Part shown: piece after piece, positions 1 to 9,629 of the stretch
How the letters are laid out: each line of letters starts with the position of its first letter
Numbering within the stretch: position 1 is the first letter of the stretch
Assembly (NCBI GenBank): GCA_038245785.1
Contig: JBBRSB010000041.1
Coordinates: 1 to 28,698, forward strand
Length of the DNA: 28,698 nt
Reading direction: 5' to 3'
Source: Gloeobacterales cyanobacterium
Lineage (GTDB): Bacteria; Cyanobacteriota; Cyanobacteriia; Gloeobacterales; PMM-0068
The notes under the pieces: model-generated
Seen by the model: only the letters and a program-made list of their open reading frames with translations
Databases searched by the model: none
Told to the model about the DNA's origin: nothing
Position numbers and translations under genes: made by a program

Positions 1-237
1 CAAGAAGCAAAGGCAGTGCGGGAAGTAACTGCGGAATCAAAACCTCCGGTTGGGCGCATAGCTATGCCATTCGCCAATCCGGAGGTAAATACGAAAATCA
101 GAGAAGTTGGAAAAGAAAATTTGGAAGACCCAGATCGGGCGCTGGGTAATACGGGGAATAAAAGTGGAAATGCTATAAATCAGATCATTGTATTATACGA
201 TGACCGGACATTTATTTCCTATTCACCTGGGAATTAG
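1..237 (+). CDS. 3' end of a gene truncated by the window edge; possibly the C-terminus of a Bacteroidota XRE/HTH-type regulator
   Basis: Frame is open from base 1 to the stop at 237. The C-terminal [13 protein letters not shown] resembles the tail of Bacteroidota HTH proteins (recalled, not searched). Confidence 0.45.
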   Translation, partial: QEAKAVREVTAESKPPVGRIAMPFANPEVNTKIREVGKENLEDPDRALGNTGNKSGNAINQIIVLYDDRTFISYSPGN

Positions 238-653
238 AATCTTTCCAGTTTTGAGAAGAAAAAGTCACACTCAATCTGCGCATTCTCATCACTATCCGAG
301 CCATGAACAGCATTACACTGAATGCTGGCTCCATATAACTTACGCACAGTTCCTTCTGAAGCGTCAGCCGGGTTTGTTGCTCCGATTACTTTACGGAAAT
401 CTTCCACAGCATTTGCTTTCTCAAGAATAGCGGCTACAATAGGTCCTGAGGACATGAAGGACACCAGATCATTATAAAAAGGGCGCTCTTTATGTACCAG
501 GTAAAATGATTTTGCCTGATCCTGCGTTAAATGCAGGTATTTAAGTGCCTTTATGCGGTATCCGTTTTTACCAAATAAAGCTAAAATATTGCCAATATTG
601 CCGTCTTTTACGGCATCTGGCTTGATCATTGTAAAAGTTAAATTGTTAACCAT
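234..653 (-). CDS. ndk: Nucleoside diphosphate kinase
   Basis: 139 aa with [22 protein letters not shown] and the catalytic NAVHGSDS motif. Confidence 0.97.
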   Translation of the reverse strand: MVNNLTFTMIKPDAVKDGNIGNILALFGKNGYRIKALKYLHLTQDQAKSFYLVHKERPFYNDLVSFMSSGPIVAAILEKANAVEDFRKVIGATNPADASEGTVRKLYGASIQCNAVHGSDSDENAQIECDFFFSKLERF

Positions 654-730
654 TGTAGCTTATTGAAGTTGTTTAAACCAGGATTTCTTGGAGGGGATAA
701 CTTTGAATAAAGTTGGTACCTTTGAAACCG

Positions 731-738
731 CAAAACTA
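731..738 (-). promoter_or_regulatory. Bacteroidota -7 promoter box (TAGTTTTG) upstream of ndk
   Basis: Exact TAnnTTTG match on the minus strand about 80 nt upstream of the ndk start. Confidence 0.55.
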
Positions 739-770
739 TATAAATTATTTGAACTTAAGAACGTCCCGCA

Positions 771-1772
771 TTGGATTCTGAACAATTTAAAATTTTGAGA
801 AAGCAACTTGCTGCCTCTTCAAACATTGTTATTACTACACATCACAATCCCGACGGAGATGCTGTAGGTGCATCTCTGGCATTATATCTTTTGCTTAGCC
901 GCTTAGGATACAAGGTAGCTGTGATCCTCCCAAATGATTACCCTTCCTTTCTAAAATGGTTACCTGGCAGCAAGGATGCAATCTTATATGAAAACAGTGT
1001 ATCTGTGTGCGACCGTCTTATCAGTGAGGCTGATATTATTTTCAGTCTTGATTACAACACATTGAGCAGGGTAAAACTTTTTACGGACAAGTTAGCAGCG
1101 TCAGAAGCCACAAAAATATTGATCGACCATCATGTTGATCCTTCTGATGAATTTGACTTTGTGCTTTCACGTACCAACATTTCCTCCACCTGCGAACTGC
1201 TTTATGAGTTTATTGAGGGTATTGGTTACGTTAACCAGATAGACAGGGATATTGCTGAATGCCTCTATGTGGGCATCATGACAGATACCGGATCATTCAG
1301 TTATGCCAGCAACAATAGCCAGACCTATGAAATTGCGGCAAGTCTTATAAGGAAAGGTATAGACGCCGAGCAAATCCACAGGGCTGTATATGATACTTAT
1401 TCCGAAAACAGAATGCGTTTATTGGGATTTTGTCTTTCCGACCGTTTAATCGTTAACCTTAAATTTAAGACTGCCTATATTTGGCTTACCCTGGATGATC
1501 TGGCGCGTTTTAACCACCAGGTAGGTGATACGGAAGGCGTTGTCAATTATGCGCTCTCCATAGAGGGCGTAACTCTTGCTGCGCTGTTTACAGAGGGGAA
1601 CGGCCGGGTCAGGATATCCTTTCGGTCAAAGGGAGAATTTTCCGTAAACGAATTTGCCCGCAAGCACTATAACGGGGGAGGGCATAGGAATGCTTCCGGA
1701 GGCGACTCGTTTCTTGGAATGGCAGAAACCCTGAAAAAATTTGATGAATTACTCCCTGTTTATTTTGGCTGA
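771..1772 (+). CDS. nrnA: DHH/DHHA1 phosphoesterase (NrnA-like oligoribonuclease / pAp phosphatase)
   Basis: HHNPDGDAVG, IDHH, DTGSF, SFRS and GGGHRNASG motifs; TTG start. Confidence 0.9.
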   Translation: MDSEQFKILRKQLAASSNIVITTHHNPDGDAVGASLALYLLLSRLGYKVAVILPNDYPSFLKWLPGSKDAILYENSVSVCDRLISEADIIFSLDYNTLSRVKLFTDKLAASEATKILIDHHVDPSDEFDFVLSRTNISSTCELLYEFIEGIGYVNQIDRDIAECLYVGIMTDTGSFSYASNNSQTYEIAASLIRKGIDAEQIHRAVYDTYSENRMRLLGFCLSDRLIVNLKFKTAYIWLTLDDLARFNHQVGDTEGVVNYALSIEGVTLAALFTEGNGRVRISFRSKGEFSVNEFARKHYNGGGHRNASGGDSFLGMAETLKKFDELLPVYFG

Positions 1773-1795
1773 TCAGCCTAACGTCTCAATCAATC

Positions 1796-2350
1796 ATGAC
1801 AGACCGCCTCTCTATATATAGGTATCTCTACATTTACATCCTTTCTGTAATGATAGGATGGGCCATGTTTTCCGGATGCCGTCAGGCAGCTGCACCTGAA
1901 CAGAAACAGCAAAGTATTTCATTCATGGACGATAAGCGCATCAATGCCAACAGGCAAGCCATTCAGCTAGAGGATCAGCAAATAAGACAATATATTGCCA
2001 GTATGGGTTGGCAGATGAAGGAAACAGGCACCGGCCTCAGATATATCATTCTTGAAAAAGGGAAAGGTCCCTTGGCCAGAATTGGTAAACAGGCCCGCAT
2101 TGATTATGAGATACGGCTAATTTCAGGTGAATTATGCTATTCATCTCAAAAGACTGGTCCTAAGGAATTCAAGATTGGCAGCGGGGGAGTGGAAAGCGGG
2201 CTGGAAGAGGGAATTTTGCTTTTACATAAAGGTGACAGAGCAAAATTTATACTACCTTCGCACCTCGCTTTCGGGCTGGTAGGCGATCAGGATAAAATTC
2301 CCGGTAGAAGCCCGATCATATATGATGTATATTTGCTCGACCTTAATTAA
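1796..2350 (+). CDS. FKBP-type peptidyl-prolyl isomerase lipoprotein (GldI-like)
   Basis: Lipobox-like FSGC; TGLRY, GLEEGI and PSHLAFG FKBP motifs; ndk-DHH-FKBP-FKBP gene order as seen in Bacteroidota. Confidence 0.85.
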   Translation: MTDRLSIYRYLYIYILSVMIGWAMFSGCRQAAAPEQKQQSISFMDDKRINANRQAIQLEDQQIRQYIASMGWQMKETGTGLRYIILEKGKGPLARIGKQARIDYEIRLISGELCYSSQKTGPKEFKIGSGGVESGLEEGILLLHKGDRAKFILPSHLAFGLVGDQDKIPGRSPIIYDVYLLDLN

Positions 2351-2380
2351 ATTATTATTAAACCAAACGTAATTTTAATC

Positions 2381-3721
2381 ATGAAAAAAAGGATTCTGAT
2401 TTCATTATCGGTGATTGTAGCGCTTTCTTTCGCTTTTATTGCCTGTAATTCAAAGTATTCCGGATTTAGCAAAACAGATTCGGGCATTTATTATAATTTT
2501 CATAAAGAAAATAAAGATTCACTCAAGGCCGTTGAAGGAAATCTGATGACCCTCAAAATCAGGTGGTATGTAAAAGTGGACAAAAAAGATTCTGTACTTT
2601 ATGATAGTAAAACTAACCCGGCTCCATTCGTAGTGCCTTTGGGTAAACCTACATACAAAGGCGATCTTTACGAAGCGCTTGCGATGTTGCATAAAGGAGA
2701 CAGTGTGACTTTTATCCTGAAAGCAGATTCCTTTTTTCTGAAAACAGCTCATTATCCCCAGTTGCCGAAAATGATTGACAGCACAACGATGTTGTATTTC
2801 GACATCAAGGTTGTGAATATTCAGACAACCGAGCAAAAAGAAAAAGAACGCGTTGCCCTTGCTACCAAGTTGAAAGAGGCAGAGCCTGCAATACTGAGCA
2901 AGTATATTGCAGCCAATAAAATTTCGGCTCAACCTTTAGCTTCTGGTTTGTATTTTATGGAGAGCAAAGTAGGTACGGGTAACAAGCCTAAAACAGGGGA
3001 TATGGTAAAAATCAATTTTACCGTGTCGCTGCTTGATGGCAAAGAACTCTTTTCAACCTTAAAGAATGGTGGTCCTATGCCTGTTGAATATGGTAAACCA
3101 TTCGAAAATAAAGGATTTGAAGAAGCTATTGGCCTGATGAAAAAAGGCGGAACAGCTAAATTGATTGTGCCTTCGGTTCTCGCTTTTGGTGAGCAGGGCA
3201 GAGGTCAGATGGTAGCCCCTTATACCACCCTTTTATATGACGTGGAACTTGTAGGTATCCAATCAAAAGCAGCTTACGAAAAAGAAAAAGCAGCAGCCCA
3301 GAAGATCCAGGAACAGGCAGCTGCAAATGCAAAAACAGACGAGCCCGTTTTACTTCAGAAATATCTGAAGGACAACAAAATTTCTGCAAAACCAACGGCC
3401 AGCGGATTGTATTTTATTGATCTGAAAAAAGGAAACGGCGCAAAAGCAGCTAAAGGAAAAAGTGTTTCAGTGCATTACACCGGCCGACTGCTTAATGGAA
3501 ATGTTTTCGATAGCTCAGTAGGAAAGAAGCCTTTCGATTTTGTCCTGGGACAAGGACAGGTCATTCCGGGTTGGGATGAAGGTGTTGCCATGATGAGCGT
3601 TGGCGGAAAAGCAAAACTGATCATACCCTCCAGTCTTGCTTATGGAGCCCAGGCCATGGGAGATAAACTTCCCGCATATTCGACTTTGGTTTTTGAAGTG
3701 GAACTGTTAGGGGTTAAATAA
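2381..3721 (+). CDS. Multi-domain FKBP-type peptidyl-prolyl isomerase lipoprotein
   Basis: Signal peptide ending FIAC; three FKBP-like units, the last canonical (VHYTGRL, FDSS, VIPGWDEG, PSSLAYG, TLVFEVEL). Confidence 0.92.
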   Translation: MKKRILISLSVIVALSFAFIACNSKYSGFSKTDSGIYYNFHKENKDSLKAVEGNLMTLKIRWYVKVDKKDSVLYDSKTNPAPFVVPLGKPTYKGDLYEALAMLHKGDSVTFILKADSFFLKTAHYPQLPKMIDSTTMLYFDIKVVNIQTTEQKEKERVALATKLKEAEPAILSKYIAANKISAQPLASGLYFMESKVGTGNKPKTGDMVKINFTVSLLDGKELFSTLKNGGPMPVEYGKPFENKGFEEAIGLMKKGGTAKLIVPSVLAFGEQGRGQMVAPYTTLLYDVELVGIQSKAAYEKEKAAAQKIQEQAAANAKTDEPVLLQKYLKDNKISAKPTASGLYFIDLKKGNGAKAAKGKSVSVHYTGRLLNGNVFDSSVGKKPFDFVLGQGQVIPGWDEGVAMMSVGGKAKLIIPSSLAYGAQAMGDKLPAYSTLVFEVELLGVK

Positions 3722-3742
3722 AATAATCCTTCTGATAAAAAT

Positions 3743-3774
3743 AACGTCGCCTCAACCGGGCGACGTTTTTTTTT
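3743..3774 (+). terminator. Rho-independent terminator after the FKBP operon
   Basis: AACGTCGCC...GGCGACGTT stem followed by a long T run. Confidence 0.85.
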
Positions 3775-4099
3775 GCCACTGAATTAACCTCGCCAAACGC
3801 CTCAAACCCTTCCAGCAAGTCAAACCCGTCAAAACTTCTCCACCCTGATGGATCATAAAATATAATGAACCCCGCTTGGGTAAAATAATTAATTAAGGCA
3901 TTATAGCGTGCTGTATATCAATAGTATGGAGTGTTCTCTTATTTTGAATGACCCTAAATAGCGGAAACTGATGTTGGTAAGACAGGACTTGCGTTTTTGA
4001 AATAGCTCATTTTGTATATTTACGCTAATGTATCTACCTATGTAGGTATTCGGAATTCGTAAAAACGCAGAAAATTTAATTAGAAAAACACACCCACCA

Positions 4100-5599
4100 A
4101 TGAAAACTCCTAAGTCATATTACAATTGGCTAAGCATTACCGGTTTTATTATGGTTGTCAACAGCCTTATCCTTATCCTTATTTTATTTATATTTTCTTT
4201 GATTTCAGCACAAAGTAACATTTACCTTGGGTTATATATTTATATTATCTTGCCGGTATTCCTTGTTTTAGGGCTCATTCTTATTCCTGTTGGGATTTTA
4301 TTCAGGATTAAAAAAAAGGTAGGGGAAGAGGACATCATCGTCGGATGGCCGGTTTTTGATATGAACCTGAAGAAACACCGTTCCTCCTTGATCAAAATTT
4401 CGACCATTACATTCATTTTGCTTGTTGCTTCAGCCATGGGAAGTTACAGTGCATATAAATATACCGAAACTGTTGAATTTTGCGGTAAATTATGTCACAA
4501 GGTCATGGAACCCGAATATACAACATACCTGAATTCATCACATGCACGCGTTGCCTGTGTTGAGTGTCATGTGGGAGAAGGAGCTGGATGGTATGTGAAA
4601 TCAAAAATGTCTGGATTGTACCAGGTGTACTCGGTATTGTTTCATAAATACCCACGTCCGATTGCCACTCCTATCCATAGCCTTAGGCCTGCCCGCGAAA
4701 CCTGCGAGAGATGCCACTGGCCCCAGAAGTTCTATGCGAGGAAATTGGTAAGCCTGCGTTCCTATCTTTCCGATTCCACAAACACAGAATGGAATATTTC
4801 AATGTTATTGAAGATAGGGCCTGAACATAGTGCCATGGGGCTTTCAGAAGGCATACACTGGCATATCAATAAAGACTTCAAAATCGAATATGCTTCAAAC
4901 AGCAAGGATAGGGAATCTATTCCATGGGTCAGGCTCACCAACCTCAAAACAGGAGAAGTGAAAGTATTTAACGATGAAGAAAACAAGCTGGATAAAAAGG
5001 CATTGGATACTTTGGAGAAAAGGCAAATGGATTGTATGGATTGTCATAACCGTCCGTCACATAATTACAGATCAGCACCTAACTATGTTGATAATGCTAT
5101 GATCTCGGGACTGATTCCAAAGAATTTACCTTTTATCAAAAAAGCAGCGATGGAGGCATTGAAAGTTCCTTTCACTGATAAGGACACTGCCCTGTTAACC
5201 ATAAACAGCCTTATTACCTCCTATTATAAAAACGATCACCAGGCGGTTTATGCCGGCAATGTTATGCGTGTGCGCAAAGCTATTACAGCTGTTCAGGGAG
5301 AATACCAGAAGAATGCTTTTCCCTATATGCGTGCTGACGCCTCACGTTACCTTAACCATATCGGGCATATTGAGTCAGACGGATGTTTCCGTTGCCATTC
5401 CGACAGGCATAAAACTGACAAAGGAGAAACAATTTCGCGTAATTGTGACCTTTGCCATACCATTGTGGCACAGGGGGCAACAGGTGCAATCAAATCAGGA
5501 GATATAAACGGAGCCATGGAATTTGTTCATCCTGTTGATGTTAAAGGAAAGTGGAAAACTGCTTTCTGCAGCGAATGTCACAAAGCGCTTTATGAATAA
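4100..5599 (+). CDS. Inner-membrane multiheme cytochrome c with a NapC/NirT domain (ImcH-like, 7 hemes)
   Basis: Three N-terminal hydrophobic helices. Heme motifs CGKLCH (CX3CH, followed by KVM), CVECH, CERCH, CMDCH, CFRCH, CDLCH and CSECH. Confidence 0.88.
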   Translation: MKTPKSYYNWLSITGFIMVVNSLILILILFIFSLISAQSNIYLGLYIYIILPVFLVLGLILIPVGILFRIKKKVGEEDIIVGWPVFDMNLKKHRSSLIKISTITFILLVASAMGSYSAYKYTETVEFCGKLCHKVMEPEYTTYLNSSHARVACVECHVGEGAGWYVKSKMSGLYQVYSVLFHKYPRPIATPIHSLRPARETCERCHWPQKFYARKLVSLRSYLSDSTNTEWNISMLLKIGPEHSAMGLSEGIHWHINKDFKIEYASNSKDRESIPWVRLTNLKTGEVKVFNDEENKLDKKALDTLEKRQMDCMDCHNRPSHNYRSAPNYVDNAMISGLIPKNLPFIKKAAMEALKVPFTDKDTALLTINSLITSYYKNDHQAVYAGNVMRVRKAITAVQGEYQKNAFPYMRADASRYLNHIGHIESDGCFRCHSDRHKTDKGETISRNCDLCHTIVAQGATGAIKSGDINGAMEFVHPVDVKGKWKTAFCSECHKALYE

Positions 5600-5617
5600 A
5601 CTATTTTTCATTAACAG

Positions 5618-7054
5618 ATGAAAGCACTTTTAACTGGTAGTACAGGTTATATTGGCAAACGACTTTTCCCGGTACTATCCGACAGGGGTGATGAGATCAA
5701 TTGTTTCGTCAGGAACTTGAGCCGGCTTACATTACCGGAACATAGTACATCAGTAGTGCGGAAGTTTGAGGTTGATCTGCTCCTGCCAATACCTGCTGAG
5801 CTTCAAAATCTTGACATCGACGTAGCCTTTTACCTTGTTCATTCCATGTCGGCTTCCATCAACGATTTTATGGAAGAAGAAGCATTGTCGGCAAAGCATT
5901 TTGCTGATTTTATTGGCAGGACCAATTGCAAACAAATCATTTATCTGAGCGGAATCTCAAATTCCCCGAAACTCTCCAAACACCTTAAATCGCGCAGGAA
6001 TGTTGAGGAAATACTCAAGATTTCCGGAAAGCCGCTTACCGTCCTGCGAGCTGGTATTATTGTTGGAAGTGGAAGCGCTTCCTTCGAAATTATCCGCGAC
6101 CTGATGGAAAAATTACCTGTTATGATTGCCCCGCTGTGGGTCCGGACCTTGTGCCAGCCGCTGGCTATCAGAGATGTGTTACGTTATTTTACAGGCTGTA
6201 TGCTTAACCCTGAGACATATCATCAGACTTTTGATGTGGGCGGTGCCGAAATCCTGTCTTATAAAGAAATGCTTTTGCAATATGCTGAAGTCAGGGGCCT
6301 GCGGAGATATATGTGGGTCGTTCCGTTGATTAATCCACGCATCTCATCGTATTGGCTCTACTTTGTAACCTCCACTTCTTATAACCTTGCCGTAAACCTG
6401 GTGAATAGCATGAAAGTGGAAGTTGTGTGCAAAGATAACCGCTTACAAAAAATGCTAAAAATCGATCCGCTTACCTATAAGGAAGCTGTCACGCTGGCCC
6501 TGGCCCGTATCAACCTCGATACGGTTGCTTCCAGCTGGACAGATGCAGTTTCGCTAAAGAAAAAACATGGACAACTCTTTGATTTCCTGGATGTGCCAAC
6601 ATTCGGGATTCTGCGCGACAGGCGAATCATGAAAATTGAAGGTGACCCGATAGAAGTATTGAACCGTATTTTTTCCATAGGAGGCGAAACCGGATGGTAC
6701 TATGCTGACTGGATATGGAAAGTGAGAGGATTCCTGGACAGGATGGCAGGAGGTGTGGGATTAAGAAGAGGAAGACGAAATGCAACAGAACTCAATCCTG
6801 GCGATGCGCTCGATTTCTGGCGCGTACTCATTGCCGGCCGGACAAAAATGAGATTGTTGCTGTTTGCTGAAATGAAAGTCCCAGGAGAGGCCTGGCTTGA
6901 TTTCAGTATTAAAAATGAAGGTGGGGTATATTATTTATATCAGACGGCTACCTTTATGCCTAAAGGGTTGAGCGGAAGGCTTTATTGGTTCCTGCTATTG
7001 CCTATACACATCGTCATGTTCAAAGGTCTGATAAAACATATTGTCAAACATTAA
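5618..7054 (+). CDS. Atypical SDR / NAD(P)-binding protein with C-terminal DUF2867-like domain (YbjT-like)
   Basis: TGSTGYIG Rossmann motif, AFYLVHSM, RAGIIVGSGSASFE; C-terminal GDALDFWRV and AEMKVPGEAWL. Confidence 0.85.
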   Translation: MKALLTGSTGYIGKRLFPVLSDRGDEINCFVRNLSRLTLPEHSTSVVRKFEVDLLLPIPAELQNLDIDVAFYLVHSMSASINDFMEEEALSAKHFADFIGRTNCKQIIYLSGISNSPKLSKHLKSRRNVEEILKISGKPLTVLRAGIIVGSGSASFEIIRDLMEKLPVMIAPLWVRTLCQPLAIRDVLRYFTGCMLNPETYHQTFDVGGAEILSYKEMLLQYAEVRGLRRYMWVVPLINPRISSYWLYFVTSTSYNLAVNLVNSMKVEVVCKDNRLQKMLKIDPLTYKEAVTLALARINLDTVASSWTDAVSLKKKHGQLFDFLDVPTFGILRDRRIMKIEGDPIEVLNRIFSIGGETGWYYADWIWKVRGFLDRMAGGVGLRRGRRNATELNPGDALDFWRVLIAGRTKMRLLLFAEMKVPGEAWLDFSIKNEGGVYYLYQTATFMPKGLSGRLYWFLLLPIHIVMFKGLIKHIVKH

Positions 7055-7119
7055 ATGAATAGCTGTTAACTTACACAAGCCTTGGCGTTTGTTTGTTTTA
7101 TGAATACTTAATTTAAGAT

Positions 7120-7497
7120 ATGGAGCCTCTGGAAATCACTACAAAATTCGACCTTAATCATACGCTTATCATCTTATCTGCAGCCTTATTTGTAATACTG
7201 ATGTTGATTTTTATCTTTAATTCCTTTTCATTTTTCTTTGATTATATGCAAGCCAAGGGTTGCATTACCATTGCGCTGGTGGCGCTGGTGGGAATGCCTG
7301 CGATCATTATTATCTGTCTGGCAACCGGTTATACCTATACCTCAACGTTGCTCATCATTTTTGCCGTCATAGGAGTTATCACAGGCTATATTGCCCGCGA
7401 TTCTGAAGGGGATGTAGGTAAATTCGGCAATTTCATCATGATCGTATCCTCAATTACGCTCATCATTGCACTTTTCCTGACTAAAGTCATCCTGTAG
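7120..7497 (+). CDS. Hypothetical membrane protein (about 4 TM helices)
   Basis: 125-aa ORF, almost entirely hydrophobic segments, with an AT-rich leader. Confidence 0.65.
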   Translation: MEPLEITTKFDLNHTLIILSAALFVILMLIFIFNSFSFFFDYMQAKGCITIALVALVGMPAIIIICLATGYTYTSTLLIIFAVIGVITGYIARDSEGDVGKFGNFIMIVSSITLIIALFLTKVIL

Positions 7498-7507
7498 ATA
7501 TGAAAAC

Positions 7508-7545
7508 AACAAAAGCCATCCTGCTGAGTATGGCTTTGTTTTTGT
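7508..7545 (+). terminator. Probable intrinsic terminator
   Basis: AAAGCCAT...ATGGCTTT stem followed by a T-rich tail, right after the stop at 7497. Confidence 0.55.
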
Positions 7546-7661
7546 TAAGCTAATTGGGTTTTTACTTCGGTTTCTTTGCGGGTATATTTTTATCCGTAGT
7601 GAAACCAAAAAGTGGATACAACAGGCAATAACTTACCAGGCTGATAAGTACAAAAATTGTA

Positions 7662-7669
7662 TAAATTTG
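7662..7669 (+). promoter_or_regulatory. -7 promoter box (TAAATTTG) for mntP
   Basis: Exact TAnnTTTG match 27 nt before the ATG at 7697. Confidence 0.55.
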
Positions 7670-7696
7670 CCACTCGTTTAGTTACAAAAATCTCCC

Positions 7697-8260
7697 ATGG
7701 GTATTATCACCATCCTGCTCATCGCTTTTGGACTCTCCTTCGATACATTTGCTGTGTCTGTCTCCAGCGGGATTGTTCTCCGAAAAATCAGTTTTTATAG
7801 TGCCACTAAATTTGCATTTGTATTGGCTTTTTTTCAGGGCTTGATGCCAATGATAGGTTGGCTTATTGGGTCAGGAATGAAACAATACATGATGGCATAC
7901 GACCATTGGATCGCCTTTCTGCTGCTGACTATACTGGGGATAAAAATGATCTACGAAAGCTTTCTTAATGATGAGCATCGTCTCACCCTTAATCCTTTGC
8001 GTTTTACTGTAATGGTCAGCATGGCTATTGCAACCAGCATTGATGCCCTGGTAGTAGGCCTGAGTTTCGCTTTCTTTGAAGTAAATATTTATATCACTGT
8101 ATTCCTCATCGGATCTGTCACTTTTATTGTTTCAATGCTGGGCATTCTTTTTGGTAAAAAGGCCGGCGCGCGCCTCGGGAAAAGGATGGAAATAGTGGGT
8201 GGTTTAATACTGATCGCTATTGGCCTTAAAATATTAATCGAGCATCAGTTTTTTTCCTGA
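7697..8260 (+). CDS. mntP: Manganese efflux pump, MntP family
   Basis: LSFDTFAVS, FQGLMP, DHWIAF, ATSIDAL and EIVGGLILIAIGLKIL motifs; about 6 TM helices. Confidence 0.9.
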   Translation: MGIITILLIAFGLSFDTFAVSVSSGIVLRKISFYSATKFAFVLAFFQGLMPMIGWLIGSGMKQYMMAYDHWIAFLLLTILGIKMIYESFLNDEHRLTLNPLRFTVMVSMAIATSIDALVVGLSFAFFEVNIYITVFLIGSVTFIVSMLGILFGKKAGARLGKRMEIVGGLILIAIGLKILIEHQFFS

Positions 8261-8278
8261 GTGGAGGATGGACTTCTT

Positions 8279-8941
8279 TCATTTTGTCGGGCATTCGCCG
8301 CAACCGCAGGTGAGCGCATTCTGTTTTGCTTTTTCGAATGCTTCGCGACCTTCGCTGAATGCAAACCATGCTATACCCGCCGATCCTGCAAGATCAATAT
8401 AACTGATATGCAACCACGCGTAGAGCAGGCTTGAGAAAAGTAATATTACCGAAAGATAGAGGCATGTGCGGGTGCATTGCGCATCTGAAATGATGGCTTC
8501 GGAACCCAATATCCGGCCTGCTTTTAGTTTATACTGCATCAGAAAATACATGGTGCAGATTGAAATACCGGCTATGATGATACCGGCCAGGGTTGTTTTA
8601 GGCGCGGTATGATTGATAAGCGAAAAAATTATTCCAACCAGCAATCCTATGGTCAATAAATAAAATCCGGTTCCTGTAATCCGGAGTGCCTGGCGTTCGA
8701 ATTTATCATGTGATGCCACTGTCGTTTTGCGCATGCGGTATATCATGTGTGCAACACCGATGCCCGAGATAACTTCCACAAAACTATCGATGCCAAAGCC
8801 TAAAAGAGCAAGCGTATCGTCATTCGCACCTAAAAACACGGAAACCAGGCCTTCGATAATGTTATAAAATATGGTAACAAAGCTAAGCGCAAATGCAATC
8901 ATGAGCCAATCGTGGGGGCTTTTCCATTTATGCGTATCCAT
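8279..8941 (-). CDS. Cation diffusion facilitator-like transporter (TM domain only)
   Basis: YNIIEG, LLGFGIDSFVEVISG and SDAQCT motifs; about 6 TM helices; C-terminal CGCGEC. Confidence 0.8.
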   Translation of the reverse strand: MDTHKWKSPHDWLMIAFALSFVTIFYNIIEGLVSVFLGANDDTLALLGFGIDSFVEVISGIGVAHMIYRMRKTTVASHDKFERQALRITGTGFYLLTIGLLVGIIFSLINHTAPKTTLAGIIIAGISICTMYFLMQYKLKAGRILGSEAIISDAQCTRTCLYLSVILLFSSLLYAWLHISYIDLAGSAGIAWFAFSEGREAFEKAKQNALTCGCGECPTK

Positions 8942-9189
8942 GAGTTATTATTTATTTTTTATGTGTCACATGGAATAGCCTTAAGCTCATTTTCCATTCG
9001 TGTGAAAACAATGCTCATGACTATTTCATGTTTTTATTTTTTTAATTCAGGAGTTGACCGGGGAAGCATTCGCGGTCATTGGAGGGGTGAACGTTTGAAA
9101 GACTTAAATGTTGGAGAGCAGTTTATAGAAATCCGTTGCCAGTTGTGCGAGAATATTAAACAAAACAAGAAGTCAGCAGTTCATGAATA

Positions 9190-9567
9190 TTATTTATGCA
9201 GCAAGCGAAAATGCCGGCGCCATGCCTGCCTTTTCCAATAGTGTTTTTGCCAGTACTTTCCCCATTTGAGATTGGTCCAAATCCTTTCATGCACATAATA
9301 TATGGCCAGTTTGGTCACAAAATCGATGACGCCGATAATAGTGGCATCGCCTACACTTTCGTTGAATGTCCGGTTTGTGTAATTGCGGAAGAGGATAAAA
9401 AAGATGACGAACATTGCGCCCGAGGCAAGGACGCGATAGGTGAGGGCTTTGGTAAGGCTGCGCCAGGGTGTATCCTTCAGATTATTGATATCCGCTGCGG
9501 CAGTGCGACCTGGAGCCGATGATTTTGCAGGAATATACCCATGTCGGGTTTCTGGTCGGTAGTGCAT
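9190..9567 (-). CDS. DUF2061-like small membrane protein (start uncertain)
   Basis: RSLTKALTYRVLAS and YYVHERIW motifs. Confidence 0.75.
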   Translation of the reverse strand: MHYRPETRHGYIPAKSSAPGRTAAADINNLKDTPWRSLTKALTYRVLASGAMFVIFFILFRNYTNRTFNESVGDATIIGVIDFVTKLAIYYVHERIWTNLKWGKYWQKHYWKRQAWRRHFRLLHK

Positions 9568-9629
9568 CAGTCAATATTTCTTGAGAATGAGAACTTTTGA
9601 GATGAGAAAGATAGCTATTTATTTGATAG

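Noticed and set aside
3785..3845. Degenerate TCAAACCC-like repeats after the FKBP terminator
   Set aside because: Too few and too degenerate to distinguish from low-complexity intergenic sequence.
7500..7553. 17-aa signal-peptide-like mini ORF (MKTTKAILLSMALFLLS)
   Set aside because: It coincides with the terminator hairpin and is too short to support.
7550..7696. yybP-ykoY manganese riboswitch upstream of mntP
   Set aside because: No recognisable structure, and a -7 box only 27 nt before the ATG leaves no room for one.
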